Source: a virus
Taxonomy: Duplodnaviria; Caudoviricetes
DNA length: 47,988 bases
Strand: one strand, 5' to 3'
Virus record (IMG/VR): IMGVR_UViG_3300021090_000035
Location: 1-47,988 of that record
Shown: in pieces, positions 45,455-47,988 of the stretch
How positions within the stretch are numbered: the stretch's first letter is position 1
Layout: the number at the start of each line of letters is the position of its first letter
Made by a program: the position numbers and the translations under genes
Notes under the pieces: model-generated
Seen by the model: the letters and a program-made list of their open reading frames with translations, nothing else
Database searches by the model: none
Told to the model about the DNA's origin: nothing

Positions 45455-45595
45455 ATGAGAATAATGGTAGCATTGATCGTTAGCATTTTGTTTCTTGGGT
45501 CAAGGGTATCGGCACAAATGCCGGTTGCGCCAATCAGAACTGAGAAAGTGATAGCGGATTATTCATTTGGTGCACACCGGGAAGCCTTACAATGA
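45455..45595 (+). CDS. Small secreted peptide precursor, 46 aa
   Basis: MRIMVALIVSILFLGSRVSA|QMPVAPIRTEKVIADYSFGAHREALQ; ATGA-coupled to micro-ORF 45417-45458. Confidence 0.6.
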   Translation: MRIMVALIVSILFLGSRVSAQMPVAPIRTEKVIADYSFGAHREALQ

Positions 45596-45670
45596 CATTT
45601 ACAAGTATAGGTTTATTGATACCGTTCAGTGTGGTGCGTTGGTGTATCATATATTTGAGGAGTACGAACG

Positions 45671-46450
45671 ATGAACCAGAATGATCAGGCGCGTTTCAGG
45701 AATATGACGCGTGTCGGGTTCCTGCTGTATACGTTCATAATATTTATTCTTGGTGCAGGATTTGGATGGATGATTGGTGGGATTGATTGGTCGGACGTTC
45801 AGGATAAACACCCAGTGAGTTTCCGGAACAGTATGACTGATACCAACGCACATCTTGGCGGTTTGAATGATACGATCCTGGTGAGGCGTTTGAGTGGTGA
45901 TGATACTGGATTTCCAGCAACAGGTGTTGTGTATAACCGTTTGCCTTCCGGAGACACGGTAGCAATTGTGACGTATGGTGATGTCATGAGAAGCCAGATG
46001 TCGAAATATCAGGGGGTGGTTAAATTGCCAATGGGTGGTGGAGTTACAGGAGAAATCAGTGGTTGGTCGTCACAAATTGATTCATCATGGACAATTGATA
46101 CAAGCAGAAGTTTAGGGAATTTATTCCAACTGCGTCCGGGGATACCAGTTAGCTTTGATCGATATCGTCTTGACAAAGACAGCGTGTCCGACAGCGAGAA
46201 GTTTGAAGAGGAGCGAATTGATACGGTTGTTATGAGTAACAGCTACGGCGGTAGGCCGATAACTTATCACTTCGTTTTCAAGAGTCGTAACCAACATGAG
46301 TACTGGCGCAACTTGAACGTGTGTCAGCTTTGGATGATTCCTTATCAAGGGCTGAATGATAAGGCTCGGCGCGAATTGGACGAAGGGCGGAAGTATATAC
46401 TGAACGTGTGGACAACCGAGGAAGGTCAACAGTTGAACCACTTTGAGTGA
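45671..46450 (+). CDS. Membrane-anchored protein with predicted extracytoplasmic domain
   Basis: SD gaggag; TM VGFLLYTFIIFILGAGFGWMIGGI. Confidence 0.75.
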   Translation: MNQNDQARFRNMTRVGFLLYTFIIFILGAGFGWMIGGIDWSDVQDKHPVSFRNSMTDTNAHLGGLNDTILVRRLSGDDTGFPATGVVYNRLPSGDTVAIVTYGDVMRSQMSKYQGVVKLPMGGGVTGEISGWSSQIDSSWTIDTSRSLGNLFQLRPGIPVSFDRYRLDKDSVSDSEKFEEERIDTVVMSNSYGGRPITYHFVFKSRNQHEYWRNLNVCQLWMIPYQGLNDKARRELDEGRKYILNVWTTEEGQQLNHFE

Positions 46451-46457
46451 AACAAGT

Positions 46458-46544
46458 ATGAATAAAGACTCCCTTCGCTTCCTCACTTACGTCCTATTCA
46501 TCATAGGAGCATTTTGGATTATCGTTGAGGCGATGAATAAGTGA
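46458..46544 (+). CDS. Small single-TM peptide, 28 aa (missed by track)
   Basis: MNKDSLRFLTYVLFIIGAFWIIVEAMNK; its TGA overlaps GTG 46541. Confidence 0.55.
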   Translation: MNKDSLRFLTYVLFIIGAFWIIVEAMNK

Positions 46545-46552
46545 CCACATCC

Positions 46553-47988
46553 ATGACAATCCCTATTGAACTACTCGATCAACATCTGATTGCACTCGGT
46601 AAAACCGGTGCCGGGAAATCTTATGCTCTCCGTGACCTGATTGAATTACTTTTGGATAACAAGCGTCGCGTCTGCATTATAGACCCAAAGGGCGATCATT
46701 GGGGAATACGATCAAGCCCAAATGGGAAGAAAGCCGGATATCCCGTTGTCCTGTTTGGTGACTTCAAAGAGGAATTGGCCGACGTTATTCCGATCAATTC
46801 CCGGGTCGGGAAGGAAATCGCCGAACTCGTTGCCACTGGCAATAGGCCATGCGTCATCGGATTTCGCGGATGGATGCCGAACGACCGCACGAAATTCTGG
46901 ATTGATTTCGCCTCGACATTATTCAATCTGAACAAATCTCCTTTGTGGCTCCCGATAGATGAAGTCCATAATTTTTGCCCGAAGGGAAAGATTCTTGACC
47001 CCGAAGTAGGAAAGTCAATTCACTGGACGAACCGTCTGGCAAGTGAAGGCAGGGGGTACGGGATACGGCTTCTAATGGCATCTCAACGTCCTCAGAAAGT
47101 CCATAATGATACTTTGACGTCGGCTGAAACCCTTGTCGCAATGAGAGTGATTCACGCAGCCGACCGTACTGCTGTAAAAGAATGGATTGACGGTTGCGGA
47201 GATCCTGAGCGCGGAAAAATCGTTATCAACTCTTTGGCCGGGATGAAACGAGGAGAAGCATACGTATGGTCGCCGGAGATCAACTTCTTTGAACGGTTGA
47301 CTTTCCCAAAAATCAAGACGTTCGATTCCTACAAAGCGCCAGAGGAAGGAAAGCACGAGTATATTCAGGGATGGGCACAGGTGAACCTGGAGGAAGTAAA
47401 GAAGAAGTTGGCTCGCGTCATAGAGGAAGCCAAAGAAAATGATCCGGCAGAACTCAAGAAGCGAATCAGAGAGTTAGAACGTGAGCGGCGTTCTATCCCG
47501 TCAGGAAAGATAGATGAGGGCGTTGTGAAGCGTGCCGCTATCAGAGCAAAAGAAGAGGCCGTAAGGGAATACTCTCAACACATCAAAAAGCTCGAGACAT
47601 TGATTCGCAAACAACAATCGTCAATGAAACATGCCGCGGAAATGTTGATTGATGTAGGAGTTGAATTACCGAAGATTGTAATTCCAGAGCCGAAGTTAAG
47701 CGAGTCGGCAACAATTACTCACCATCAGCCCGTTCCGATATCTTCAATCAGAGAACAAAGACAACCAATGTCTGCCCGGAACGCTGGACAGTACGGCGAT
47801 TCCGATGTTAAACTCATCCGCGGCGAGAAGTTGATGCTTGCCGCGGTAGTGAAGTGGAGAGAAACCGGGATTACATCGACCATGATGCGAGTGCAGGCCG
47901 GCATCAAGCACAAGGAAACCCTGCGACAATATACGGTCAGATTGAAAGGTGCCGGATTCATTGAGCAAGTCGGCAATCTCTATTACCC
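46553..47988 (+). CDS. HerA/FtsK-family (DUF87-like) P-loop ATPase with coiled coil and C-terminal wHTH; continues at 10-420 (about 573 aa; alternative start GTG 46541)
   Basis: Manual translation, no stops: HLIALGKTGAGKS, IIDPKG, IDEVH, EGRGYG, SQRP; absent from the track because it runs off the end. Confidence 0.92.
   Translation, partial: MTIPIELLDQHLIALGKTGAGKSYALRDLIELLLDNKRRVCIIDPKGDHWGIRSSPNGKKAGYPVVLFGDFKEELADVIPINSRVGKEIAELVATGNRPCVIGFRGWMPNDRTKFWIDFASTLFNLNKSPLWLPIDEVHNFCPKGKILDPEVGKSIHWTNRLASEGRGYGIRLLMASQRPQKVHNDTLTSAETLVAMRVIHAADRTAVKEWIDGCGDPERGKIVINSLAGMKRGEAYVWSPEINFFERLTFPKIKTFDSYKAPEEGKHEYIQGWAQVNLEEVKKKLARVIEEAKENDPAELKKRIRELERERRSIPSGKIDEGVVKRAAIRAKEEAVREYSQHIKKLETLIRKQQSSMKHAAEMLIDVGVELPKIVIPEPKLSESATITHHQPVPISSIREQRQPMSARNAGQYGDSDVKLIRGEKLMLAAVVKWRETGITSTMMRVQAGIKHKETLRQYTVRLKGAGFIEQVGNLYY
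47863..47988. repeat. Terminal redundancy, right copy (identical to 9-134)
   Basis: Direct comparison. Confidence 0.97.

Larger units (their letters stand above)
1..47988 (+). mobile_element. Complete circularly closed tailed bacteriophage genome (siphovirus-like, about 47,854 bp unit length)
   Basis: Terminal 126-bp redundancy; full set of terminase, portal, capsid, tail, lysis and replication genes, all on +; no host genes or integrase seen. Confidence 0.93.

Noticed and set aside
7-47976. All minus-strand and nested alternative-frame ORFs in the track
   Set aside because: They overlap well-supported + strand genes, lack family motifs and have no supporting SD or promoter
1-47988. tRNA genes and alternative genetic code
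   Set aside because: No cloverleaf or T-loop consensus noticed in intergenic gaps; long genes are intact under code 11 and all three stop codons are used

Overview
The window is an essentially complete, circularly closed tailed-phage genome of about 47,854 bp; bases 9-134 are repeated at 47863-47988. It looks siphovirus-like: tape measure present, no sheath gene. All credible genes lie on the + strand, and I found no integrase or partition gene. Gene order from the early promoter near 42.2 kb is: HTH regulator, small early genes, SSB-like and NinB-like genes, and a HerA/FtsK ATPase-wHTH gene that spans the window ends and is missing from the ORF track. Then come the replication initiator and DnaC, nucleases, two methyltransferase-like genes, a KhpA-like KH protein and an HslV-like Ntn hydrolase. 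The late region holds terminase, portal, a protease-scaffold-capsid fusion, neck, two paralogous tail tubes, a -1 frameshifted tail chaperone, tape measure and tail fibres. It ends with two signal-peptide proteins (a glycine-rich protein and a 1249-aa subtilase) and a membrane-protein-rich lysis cassette containing a stand-alone response-regulator receiver. The most notable unannotated signals are: (1) a canonical type I hammerhead ribozyme between head and neck genes (17301-17368); (2) virion-operon proteins with Sec signal peptides, suggesting an exported arm of the late programme; (3) a CheY-like receiver translationally coupled to holin-like genes; (4) several promoter-proximal structured RNAs and leaderless sigma70-type promoters; (5) an HslV-like gene flanked by a 14-bp direct repeat. 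All calls come from manual motif recognition and hand base-pairing; no database searches or folding programs were run.
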